From contig JAZRBO010000004.1 in the NCBI GenBank assembly GCA_045635125.1, positions 1-40,701 on the forward strand: a DNA stretch of 40,701 bases. The letters are read 5' to 3'. The position numbers and the translations under genes are program-made. Below the pieces are notes generated by a model. That model was not told where the DNA came from. It saw only the letters and a program-made list of their open reading frames with translations, and ran no database searches. Every line of letters starts with the position of its first letter. The first letter of the stretch is position 1. Below are positions 33,309 through 40,701 of this stretch, piece by piece. Source of the DNA: Alphaproteobacteria bacterium. GTDB taxonomy: Bacteria; Pseudomonadota; Alphaproteobacteria; CAAHEQ01; UBA3637.

Positions 33309-34706
33309 CTATATAAAACGCCAAACAGGCCCTTGTGGTGTATCTTTTACTTCAATTCCTTGAGTAATTAACTCTTGCTTTAAAGCATCTGCCGTAGCCC
33401 AATCCTTTGCTAAACGAGCCGCCTGTCGACGGTCAATCAAATCCTGTTGAGCCGGCGTCAACGTTTGTTCTTTTTCCTTAGGAAAAACTGCTAAAACACT
33501 ATCAAATTGAGTCATAACCGATATAATAGCTTTAGCATTTTCAGAACTCAATTCAGAAAAGTGCTTATTAACTTCTGTCATAAAATCAAAAATAGAGGCG
33601 AGGGCAACCGGCACATTTAAATCATCATCCATGCCCTTTTCAAAGCCTTTGAGAGCCTTTTCCACAACAATGGGTAGGTCACCCCATCCCAATCCATTTG
33701 CTTCGTTCCTCAGGCGATTTAAAAAGTTTCCGAATTTATCAATAACCGTTTGATTGCCGGGAAGGGAGGCTTCTTGAAAATCCATCCGTTGCCGATAATG
33801 AGCTTTAATAAACTCATACCGAATAGCTTCAGCGGAATATCCTTTTTCAATTAACTCATTAAGGGTAAAACAATTTCCAAGAGATTTTGACATTTTTTTA
33901 CCGTTAACGGTAATATGTTCATTATGCATCCAATAATTCACATACTTTGAACAATAAGCGCATTCGGATTGAGCAATTTCATTTGTATGATGTGGAAAAA
34001 CCAAATCAATTCCACCGGTATGAATATCAAACGGTTGTCCGAGATATTTTTTAGACATGGCCGAACATTCAATATGCCAACCTGGACGCCCCTTTCCAAA
34101 GGGAGAGTCCCAATAATTATCCCCATCTCGCTCTTCCCATGCTTTCCAGAGAGCAAAATCCTGAGCATTTTCTTTTTCATATTCATCAGAGGACAATCGC
34201 CCATCCGCATTTAATTTTAAAGCAGAGGCATCAATACCGGCCATCTGACCATACTCAGAAAACTGGTTGATTTTAAAATAGACATCCCCTTTTTCTGTTT
34301 GATAAGCATATCCTTTATCCATTAAATGTTGTATCAATTCCAACATAGCGGGGATTTCTTCTGTCGCGCGTGGAACAATATCCGGCTTTTTAATATTTAA
34401 AGTTGTACAGTCTTTAAAGAACTCCGCCGCATAAAAATCTGTAAAATCACGCAGTCTTTTGCCTTCTTTTTGTGAATGCCGAATGGTTTTATCATCCACA
34501 TCAGTTAAATTCATACAGAACGTAACTTGATATCCCTTATAACGTAAATATCTATTCAGCAAATCATAAAATACAAAAGCACGCATATTACCGATATGGG
34601 CATAATTATAAATTGTTGGTCCACATCCATAAAAACGAACTTCATTTTCCCGAATAGGTTTAAATTCTTCTTTGCAATGTGTTGCTGTATTATAGACTTT
34701 TAACAT
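33309..34706 (-). CDS. cysS: Cysteine--tRNA ligase
   Basis: HIGH-type motif (AHIGNMRAF) and KMSKS (GKKMSKSLGN). The start is set at ATG 34706 (MLKVYNT) with GGAGAG upstream. The track ORF extends to 34754. Confidence 0.93.
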   Translation of the reverse strand: MLKVYNTATHCKEEFKPIRENEVRFYGCGPTIYNYAHIGNMRAFVFYDLLNRYLRYKGYQVTFCMNLTDVDDKTIRHSQKEGKRLRDFTDFYAAEFFKDCTTLNIKKPDIVPRATEEIPAMLELIQHLMDKGYAYQTEKGDVYFKINQFSEYGQMAGIDASALKLNADGRLSSDEYEKENAQDFALWKAWEERDGDNYWDSPFGKGRPGWHIECSAMSKKYLGQPFDIHTGGIDLVFPHHTNEIAQSECAYCSKYVNYWMHNEHITVNGKKMSKSLGNCFTLNELIEKGYSAEAIRYEFIKAHYRQRMDFQEASLPGNQTVIDKFGNFLNRLRNEANGLGWGDLPIVVEKALKGFEKGMDDDLNVPVALASIFDFMTEVNKHFSELSSENAKAIISVMTQFDSVLAVFPKEKEQTLTPAQQDLIDRRQAARLAKDWATADALKQELITQGIEVKDTPQGPVWRFI

Positions 34707-34776
34707 AAATATCTCTCCGTCATAGTCAATTTTATAATAGCTAAACAATAACACATTCCTCCCTTTTTTGCAATGC

Positions 34777-35091
34777 TTTTATCCGATGACAAATTGTTGT
34801 TTTTATCCACATCATCCCGCCCATCTTATATATAAAAAATATAAATAGTATTAGTATGTGCCTGTGGATAAGTGGGATATCTTTTTTATTTTTTGCTTGA
34901 CAGTTGGAAAAAACAAATACGAATCGGTGATTTTATTTATTTTTTTGTCATTATCAGGTCTTTTTTTTCGAATCGTAGAGGTGTTAAAATAGAGTGAGTA
35001 TTTTTGAGAATAAAAAAGGATATCTTTTCCTGTTTTTTTTATATAGACCTAGTAACTTATCACTTATCCACATTATTAAAAGTTACTCACA
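34777..35091. other. Probable chromosomal replication origin (oriC): DnaA-box cluster with AT-rich tracts
   Basis: Perfect TTATCCACA at 34803-34811 and 35064-35072. Perfect reverse box TGTGGATAA at 34863-34871. One-mismatch box TTACTCACA at 35083-35091. Weaker boxes at 34779-34787 and 35057-35065. AT-rich runs at 34826-34858 and 34881-34960. GANTC at 34921-34925 and 34970-34974. Flanking genes diverge. Confidence 0.55.
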
Positions 35092-35097
35092 ATTTTC

Positions 35098-35126
35098 TTG
35101 CTTTTTTAGGGGAAATCTTGTATGAT
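35098..35126 (+). promoter_or_regulatory. Candidate dnaQ promoter
   Basis: TTGCTT (35098-35103), 17-nt spacer, TATGAT (35121-35126), 24 nt upstream of the dnaQ ATG. It overlaps the right edge of the DnaA-box cluster. Confidence 0.25.
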
Positions 35127-35150
35127 ACCTATTATTAAAAAGGAGCCCAA

Positions 35151-35858
35151 ATGCGCGAAATAGTTTTAGATACGGAAACAACGGGATTGGATCCTGCCTC
35201 TGGTGACAGAATTGTTGAAATCGGATGTGTTGAGTTGGAAAATCACGTTCCGACAGGACGTAAATATCAATGTTATTTAAATCCTGAAAAGGTAATGAGT
35301 GAGGAAGTCATTGCCGTTCATGGTTTGACAAATGATTTTTTAGCTGATAAACCCAAGTTTTCTGAGGTAGCTGATGAATTTTTGGCTTTTATCGGAACGG
35401 ATTCTCAACTTGTTATTCATAATGCCGCCTTTGATATGAAGTTTTTAAATGCTGAATTAACAGCATGCGGTAGGGAGGCTCTTCAATTTAATAGAGTAAC
35501 AGATACTTTGTTGATTGCTCGGCAAAAATTCCCAGGTTCCCGTGTCAATTTGAATGAGTTGTGTAAGCGTTTTAATGTGGATGCTTCTGCTCGAACAGTT
35601 CACGGAGCATTGTTGGATAGTGAATTGTTAGCGGAGGTTTATTTAGAGTTGATTGGAGGACGAGAGCCTGGCCTTGTTCTAATGACATCTCAAAAAGAAG
35701 CTGTAAAAACACAACAAATTCAATCTGTTCAAAAAGTTATAAACAAAGAGTTTAGACCCCCTCGCGTCTTTGAAATCCCTACTGAAGAAATATCACAACA
35801 TATTGAATTTGTTAAAAAAATAAAAAACAATCTTTGGGGTGTTTTTGAAAAAGAATAA
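35151..35858 (+). CDS. dnaQ: DNA polymerase III epsilon subunit (3'-5' exonuclease)
   Basis: Exo I (VLDTETTGLDP), Exo II (VIHNAAFDMKFL) and Exo III (HGALLDSELLAEVYL) motifs. 235 aa. Confidence 0.9.
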   Translation: MREIVLDTETTGLDPASGDRIVEIGCVELENHVPTGRKYQCYLNPEKVMSEEVIAVHGLTNDFLADKPKFSEVADEFLAFIGTDSQLVIHNAAFDMKFLNAELTACGREALQFNRVTDTLLIARQKFPGSRVNLNELCKRFNVDASARTVHGALLDSELLAEVYLELIGGREPGLVLMTSQKEAVKTQQIQSVQKVINKEFRPPRVFEIPTEEISQHIEFVKKIKNNLWGVFEKE

Positions 35859-35877
35859 TATAAAAAGGTGGAGAGGG

Positions 35878-36330
35878 ATGAAAACAAAGTACTTTCTTTT
35901 AGGATTTTTACTATTGTCATCGTATACAGCAAATGCTCAAATATTGGACTCATTGGGGACTTTAGGAATTCAAGGAGTCTTAACGAGACAATCTGTTAGT
36001 CAAGTCGGGCAGGGACTTTCTCTGTTGAAGCAAAATCAAATTTTACAGGATTTAGTGCAAACGGTTACTCAAATTCGGACAACATATATAAACGGGTATA
36101 CAGGTGTGAATCTAGCTTCTGTGTATGGTCAGCCGTTTAAAGATATATCGTGGTCCATTGGTCCGAAAGGGGCAAAACAGTTTTATATTGAATTAAATGG
36201 AATAGATCAATCCGCATGTCAAAAACTTGTTTCTTCTATGACGGATGCTCAGGAAATTGAAGTGAATCATGTTGTAGGTACTTCACGGCAGTGTAAAAAT
36301 AATAACACATTGAAATTTATATTTAATTAA
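35878..36330 (+). CDS. Secreted hypothetical protein (150 aa)
   Basis: ATG 35878 is preceded by GGTGGAGAGGG. It has a signal peptide (MKTKYFLLGFLLLSSYTANA) and a C-terminal Cys pair (SACQKL...SRQCKNN). The track start 35839 would overlap dnaQ. Confidence 0.55.
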   Translation: MKTKYFLLGFLLLSSYTANAQILDSLGTLGIQGVLTRQSVSQVGQGLSLLKQNQILQDLVQTVTQIRTTYINGYTGVNLASVYGQPFKDISWSIGPKGAKQFYIELNGIDQSACQKLVSSMTDAQEIEVNHVVGTSRQCKNNNTLKFIFN

Positions 36331-36357
36331 TTGTTTTGTTTTTATGTGTAATATAAT

Positions 36358-36382
36358 ACCACCCTAAAATAGGGTGGTTTTT
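36358..36382 (+). terminator. Intrinsic terminator after the 35878-36330 gene
   Basis: accaccct (36358-36365) / agggtggt (36371-36378) with a 5-nt loop, followed by ttttt. Confidence 0.65.
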
Positions 36383-36422
36383 ATTAAAAAATACTTGCAA
36401 ACAGAGCCTGACTTGGATACAT

Positions 36423-36438
36423 TGTTCCACATGAAACA
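36423..36438. other. parS-like centromere site 1
   Basis: TGTTCCACATGAAACA compared with the canonical TGTTTCACGTGAAACA (2 mismatches). Lies 22 nt upstream of rsmG. Confidence 0.6.
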
Positions 36439-36459
36439 ATAAAAAAAAGGAAAAAGGAA

Positions 36460-37065
36460 ATGTTTCACGTGGAACAATTGGATGGTATTTTACAAAAGGC
36501 TCGTCCGAAATTGATAACTTATTTGTCACTGTTGGAACGATGGCAAAAAGCAGTTAATTTGGTTTCAAGTGCGACTTTATCGGACGCTTGGAATCGGCAT
36601 ATCGTTGATTCGGCTCAGTTATTTCCATTATTGCCTCAAGATGCAAAAACGATAATAGATATGGGGAGTGGGGCTGGATTTCCAGCATTGCTTTTGGCTA
36701 TCTTGACGCAAGTATGTTGGCAAGATCATCCTTTAGTAACGATGGTTGAAAGTGATACAAAAAAATGTTTGTTTCTGAAGGAAGTGGCTCGTCAAGTTGG
36801 TGTGTCCGTAACTATTTTAAACCAGCGTTTAGAAAAGTGTGATACACGACCGTCTGATGTTATTACAGCTCGTGCTTTAGCTCCATTAGATTGTTTGTTG
36901 GATTGGGCAAGTCCATTTTTAAAGCCGACTTCAACCTGCTTATTTTTAAAAGGTGAGGGAGTTGAAAAGGAAATTGAAGCCTTAACACATAAGGCTAATA
37001 TTGAAAAAGTACAAAGTGTAACCCATCCGAAAGGATGTATTTTAAAAGTAACGGAGGTAAGATAA
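36460..37065 (+). CDS. rsmG: 16S rRNA (guanine527-N7)-methyltransferase
   Basis: 201 aa with a SAM-binding motif (IIDMGSGAGFPALLLAI) and the conserved rsmG-parA-parB order. Confidence 0.9.
   Translation: MFHVEQLDGILQKARPKLITYLSLLERWQKAVNLVSSATLSDAWNRHIVDSAQLFPLLPQDAKTIIDMGSGAGFPALLLAILTQVCWQDHPLVTMVESDTKKCLFLKEVARQVGVSVTILNQRLEKCDTRPSDVITARALAPLDCLLDWASPFLKPTSTCLFLKGEGVEKEIEALTHKANIEKVQSVTHPKGCILKVTEVR
36461..36476. other. parS-like centromere site 2
   Basis: TGTTTCACGTGGAACA compared with the canonical TGTTTCACGTGAAACA (1 mismatch). It forms codons 1-6 of rsmG (MFHVEQ). Confidence 0.7.
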
Positions 37066-37833
37066 ATGAATCCATTAGTGTTTTCTGTATCTAATCAAAA
37101 AGGGGGGGTGGGAAAAACAACCACAACCGTTAATGTAGCTACGGCTTTAGCTGCTTTGGAAAAAAAGGTTTTGATTATTGATTTGGATCCTCAAGGAAAT
37201 GCAACTGTTAGCTTAGGGCGCCAGAGAGTGAGTGGAGGGGCAAATTCCTACACTGTTTTGACAGGACGTCACAGCGTTGAAGATACTGTTCAAAAAACGG
37301 ATATTCCGTATTTGTCCTTGATACCGGCAGGCCCTGAATTGTTAGGCTTGGATATGGAATTAGCTGATATTGAACGCCCTCAGTTCTTTTTGAAAAAAGC
37401 TATTGAAAATATAGATTTTGATTATGTTTTTATTGATTGTCCGCCGGCTGTTGGTATGTTGACAATGAATGCTTTGGTTGCTTCTAATCGGGTTGTGATT
37501 CCAGTTCAATGCGAATATTTGGCTTTGGAAGGTGTGGCTGATTTAATGAAGACAATTGATCGAGTTAAGTATAATTTTAATCCGGATTTAACTGTACAAG
37601 GAATTGTGATGACAATGTTTGATGGTCGTTCGAATCTGTCAAAATCAGTTGTTAACGATGTTCGTTCCTTCTTTAAAGAGCTTGTTTTTGATACGGTTAT
37701 TCCTAGAAATGTGCGGATTCCCGAGGCTCCTTCTCATGGAAAGCCGGTGATGTTGTATGATTTTAGGAGTGTGGGAGCTCAAAATTATATCCGTTTAGCG
37801 GGCGAAATTTTAAAACGTGAAAAGGAGAATTAA
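37066..37833 (+). CDS. parA: Chromosome partitioning ATPase ParA
   Basis: Deviant Walker A (NQKGGVGKTTTTVN). 255 aa, immediately followed by parB. Confidence 0.95.
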   Translation: MNPLVFSVSNQKGGVGKTTTTVNVATALAALEKKVLIIDLDPQGNATVSLGRQRVSGGANSYTVLTGRHSVEDTVQKTDIPYLSLIPAGPELLGLDMELADIERPQFFLKKAIENIDFDYVFIDCPPAVGMLTMNALVASNRVVIPVQCEYLALEGVADLMKTIDRVKYNFNPDLTVQGIVMTMFDGRSNLSKSVVNDVRSFFKELVFDTVIPRNVRIPEAPSHGKPVMLYDFRSVGAQNYIRLAGEILKREKEN

Positions 37834-37835
37834 GT

Positions 37836-38744
37836 ATGGAAAAAAACTTGGGATTAGGTAAAGGATTGAGTGCTTTAATGGGGAATGATACCTTGTATGC
37901 ACCGCAAACAGTGCGAAAATCGTCTGCAACTGATATTATTTTTGTCAATGCAGCTGATTTGGAGCCAAGTCCTTTTCAGCCTCGTCGTGTTTTTACAGAA
38001 GAAGCTTTGAGTGATTTAGTTTCTTCCATTCGTGAAAAAGGAATTTTACAACCCTTATTGGTCCGCAGAAATCCGCGCCAACCAATGGGATATGAAATTA
38101 TTGCTGGTGAACGGCGGTTTCGGGCATCTAAAATAGCAGGTTTAAGTCAAATACCTGTTATTGTTAAAGATTTTGATGATAAAGCAACGCTGGAAGTGGC
38201 GTTAATTGAAAACTTACAACGGGAAGATTTAAATCCTTTGGAAGAAGCGGAAGCTTATCGCCGTTTGTTGCAGGAATTTCGATATACACAAGAACAATTA
38301 TCTCAAGTTGTCGGGAAAAGTCGTAGCCATGTGGCTAATATGATGCGATTAATGGATTTGCCAAATGAAATCAAGTCTTTAATTGAAGAAAAAGAATTGA
38401 CTATCGGACATGCTCGGGCGTTATTAAATGCACAAAATCCAGTAGAATTGGCTCAGGAAGTTGTTAAAAAAGGTTTGAGTGTTCGTCAAACAGAAAAATT
38501 AGCAACCACTGCCGGTGGTGTTAAAACGCATCGTCGGACCATGAAACAAATCCAAAAGAAAATGACAATGGAAAAGGATGCGGATATTTTGGCCTTGGAA
38601 AAGGAAATGTCCAACCTTTTAAAAACAACGGTTACGATTAATTGGACTGGGCAAGGTGGGGAAGTGGTTGTATCTTATGATTCATTGGATAAATTAGATG
38701 TTATTTTACAACAGCTTATGCAACTTGATCCTATTGGGGAATAA
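37836..38744 (+). CDS. parB: Chromosome partitioning protein ParB
   Basis: ParB box (IIAGERRFRASKIAG), HTH region (TQEQLSQVVGKSRSHVANMMRL). 302 aa. Confidence 0.95.
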   Translation: MEKNLGLGKGLSALMGNDTLYAPQTVRKSSATDIIFVNAADLEPSPFQPRRVFTEEALSDLVSSIREKGILQPLLVRRNPRQPMGYEIIAGERRFRASKIAGLSQIPVIVKDFDDKATLEVALIENLQREDLNPLEEAEAYRRLLQEFRYTQEQLSQVVGKSRSHVANMMRLMDLPNEIKSLIEEKELTIGHARALLNAQNPVELAQEVVKKGLSVRQTEKLATTAGGVKTHRRTMKQIQKKMTMEKDADILALEKEMSNLLKTTVTINWTGQGGEVVVSYDSLDKLDVILQQLMQLDPIGE

Positions 38745-38754
38745 TTAAGATTTT

Positions 38755-40077
38755 ATGGAAAATAAGGAAGATATAATTTTATCTGTTACTGAAATATCTC
38801 TTTCTTTAAAAGGATGTGTCGAACAGATTTTTGGTCATATTAAAGTTCGGGGTGAAATTTCCGGCTTAAAAAAGGCTGCTTCGGGACATACATATTTTTC
38901 TTTAAAGGATACAGATTCAGTTCTATCGGCTGTTTGTTGGCGTGGTCGAAGTGAATCTACTCAAGCGGCATTGCAAGAAGGGTTAGAGGTTGTTTGTACA
39001 GGGAAATTATCAACATACCCAGGACGGTCAAATTACCAGATGATTGTGGAAACCGTTGAACCGTCGGGGGAGGGGGCTCTGTTAAAACTTCTCAAAGAAA
39101 GAAAAGAAAAACTTGAAAAAGAAGGGCTTTTTGATATTTCTAAAAAAAAGAAAATTCCTTATTTACCTGAAGTTATTGGTGTGGTCACAAGCCCTTCTGG
39201 TGCTGTTATTCGAGATATTATGCATCGATTACAGGATCGTTTTCCTCGTCCTGTTTTGCTTTGGCCTGTGTTGGTTCAAGGCGTTGGAGCTGCTGAGCAA
39301 ATTGCTCGTGCAATTCAGGGATTTAATCAAATTCCTAAAGAAGGTCTTATCACCCCGACAGGGATTGTATATCGTCCGGATGTTTTGATTGTTGCCCGTG
39401 GTGGCGGTAGCTTAGAAGATTTGTGGTGTTTTAATGAGGAAATAGTCGTTCGTGCAGTTGCTGCTTCTGATATACCGATTATTTCGGCTGTCGGACATGA
39501 AACAGATACGACATTAATCGATTATACGGCCGATTTAAGAGCGCCAACACCAACAGGCGCTGCTGAAAAAGCTGTTCCTGTTCGTAGTGAATTACAAATT
39601 CAATTACAAGGTTTTCAAAATCGTTTAATGGATGCTTCTTATCGTTTGTGTGAAGAACAAAAAATACGATTAACGGGATTGTCTCGTTCTTTACCGAATT
39701 TATCTGAGGTTGTTGACCGTTTTATTCAAAAGCTTGATGATCGTTCGGAGCGGTTAGAACAATCGTTTCAGGTTTTCATTTGCCTGATTCAAAATAAATT
39801 GGAAACTCTTTCTAAGTTATTGAAATCATATTCATATCGTTCGATTTTAGAGCGTGGTTTTGCCCTTATTTCAGGGACCTCAGGAAAAATAATCGGTAAG
39901 TCGCAGGATGCGCAGGCTGAAAAACGGCTTAAAATCATGTTTGCAGATGGGAGCCTTTCGGTCATTCCTGAAAAAAAGGAGTCAAAATTGAAAAAAGTAT
40001 CCTCATGTTTATCTGAAGAATCCAAAAAGAAAAAAGAAGATTTATCAATTGATAGTCAGCCAAACTTATTTGATTAA
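38755..40077 (+). CDS. xseA: Exodeoxyribonuclease VII large subunit
   Basis: N-terminal OB fold (VRGEISGLKKAASGHTYFSLKD), catalytic region (VARGGGSLEDLWCFNEE, SAVGHETDTTLIDYTADLRAPTPTGAAE) and a coiled C-terminus. Confidence 0.9.
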   Translation: MENKEDIILSVTEISLSLKGCVEQIFGHIKVRGEISGLKKAASGHTYFSLKDTDSVLSAVCWRGRSESTQAALQEGLEVVCTGKLSTYPGRSNYQMIVETVEPSGEGALLKLLKERKEKLEKEGLFDISKKKKIPYLPEVIGVVTSPSGAVIRDIMHRLQDRFPRPVLLWPVLVQGVGAAEQIARAIQGFNQIPKEGLITPTGIVYRPDVLIVARGGGSLEDLWCFNEEIVVRAVAASDIPIISAVGHETDTTLIDYTADLRAPTPTGAAEKAVPVRSELQIQLQGFQNRLMDASYRLCEEQKIRLTGLSRSLPNLSEVVDRFIQKLDDRSERLEQSFQVFICLIQNKLETLSKLLKSYSYRSILERGFALISGTSGKIIGKSQDAQAEKRLKIMFADGSLSVIPEKKESKLKKVSSCLSEESKKKKEDLSIDSQPNLFD

Positions 40078-40087
40078 TTGAAAGGAA

Positions 40088-40269
40088 GTAATTACAATGG
40101 AATTACAAAATAAGAGATGTAATTACAAGGTAATTACATTGTTAAAAAAGGCGTTGTTTTCTCTTTCTGTGTATGTCGGGAGGAGAGTATGTGATTACAA
40201 TGTGATTACCTATAAAAAATGTAATTACAAAGTAATTACTTTGCTTAAATGTATATACATTGTAATTAT
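40088..40269. repeat. Array 2 of five 19-bp palindromic sites (same consensus as array 1)
   Basis: Sites: 40088-40106 gtaattacaatggaattac; 40119-40137 gtaattacaaggtaattac (with an extra overlapping half-site running on to 40144); 40191-40209 gtgattacaatgtgattac; 40221-40239 gtaattacaaagtaattac; 40251-40269 gtatatacattgtaattat. Spacings are 31, 72, 30 and 30 bp. Confidence 0.9.
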
Positions 40270-40336
40270 ATTTTTGTTGTTAGGATGTCGGATAGGATAT
40301 GCTTTTGAATTATTAACCCCTGTTCAGGAGGGGCAA

Positions 40337-40701
40337 TTGATTTATGGAAAGTTACATTCTGATGAAAAATTATATATAGATTATAGTTTGTTAAATATTG
40401 ATATTAATTTATTGAATAAAGATAATCGATTGCATGATTATCGCAATTCTATTCAAAAGATGCAGCCAGATAGAACAGCTGGTGAGAAAGGTGGACGTTT
40501 AACGGATAATAAGTCTGATTTGACTGATATTATTTTGAAAGATGGTCCTACGTCATATGAAAAAGAACGGGAGAATAGGATTCAGAGTCAAGAAAAAGAG
40601 AAAGAAGATTTGTTTGATAAATATGAAATAGAAGCAGATTCATTCGGTAATTTTGTTTTAGGGGTGCCTCAAAATGCTCCAGAAACGTTAATCTTATATT
40701 T
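40337..40701 (+). CDS. Hypothetical protein, 5' part only (runs off the window), probable TTG start
   Basis: The frame is open from 40337 to the window end (hand translated as LIYGKLHSDEKLYIDYSLLNIDINLL...GVPQNAPETLILY). AGGAGG (40326-40331) lies 5 nt before TTG 40337. It is not in the ORF track because no stop lies within the window. Confidence 0.45.
   Translation, partial: MIYGKLHSDEKLYIDYSLLNIDINLLNKDNRLHDYRNSIQKMQPDRTAGEKGGRLTDNKSDLTDIILKDGPTSYEKERENRIQSQEKEKEDLFDKYEIEADSFGNFVLGVPQNAPETLILY

Noticed and set aside
36323-36529. 68-aa minus-strand ORF spanning the terminator, both parS sites and the rsmG start
   Set aside because: It is explained by the palindromic parS sequences reading similarly on both strands (HVEQ appears in both). 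It overlaps a terminator and the rsmG start.
27534-40269. The two inverted multi-site arrays considered as Tn7/Mu-like transposon ends (multiple transposase-binding sites, TGT...ACA termini)
   Set aside because: The DNA between them is core housekeeping, including the probable oriC and parABS. No transposase, integrase or target-site duplication is visible in the window. The sites are palindromic, so end polarity is undefined. I cannot exclude an element extending rightward beyond 40701.

Overview
By eye this is an AT-rich, alphaproteobacterium-like chromosomal segment. The lineage call rests on a CcrM-type methyltransferase, an ELM1/DUF1022 protein, lptE-holA, rsmG-parA-parB and a long HPF plus PtsN. 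No finer lineage can be assigned from the sequence alone.

Most of the window is housekeeping: rne, amiC-type amidase, rnhB, M16 peptidase, rluD, ccrM, dnaE, thrS, tRNA-Thr(CGU), a GT2 glycosyltransferase, hemW, hpf, ptsN, tRNA-Glu(CUC), holA, lptE, miaA, rho, radC, map, cysS, dnaQ, rsmG, parA, parB and xseA.

The 444-bp divergent cysS/dnaQ intergenic region (34707-35150) has three perfect DnaA boxes, weaker boxes, AT-rich tracts and two GANTC sites. It is probably oriC. Two parS-like sites lie 1.4 kb to its right.

Five things are not ordinary housekeeping:
1. Two tandem paralogous proteins between dnaE and thrS (15734-18697) are built from repeated about 90-aa modules. Each protein has one intact HNH (AHH-like) module and one or two catalytically degenerate copies. 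No immunity-like or delivery partner is visible.
2. Two arrays of five helically phased 19-bp palindromes (consensus GTAATTACAWTGTAATTAC) lie at 27534-27695 and 40088-40269. They are in inverted orientation, have near-identical promoter-proximal architecture, sit upstream of two unrelated genes and bracket the origin region.
3. A membrane-anchored coiled-coil protein is translationally abutted to a MazEF-like toxin-antitoxin pair directly downstream of the first array.
4. Next to tRNA-Glu there is a stack of duplicated tRNA 3'-end/terminator fragments that looks like att-site scars.
5. Several small ORFs are absent from or mis-started in the track, and a (CATG)3(TATG)8 microsatellite lies near the left edge.

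All functional calls come from motif recognition by eye. No database search was run.
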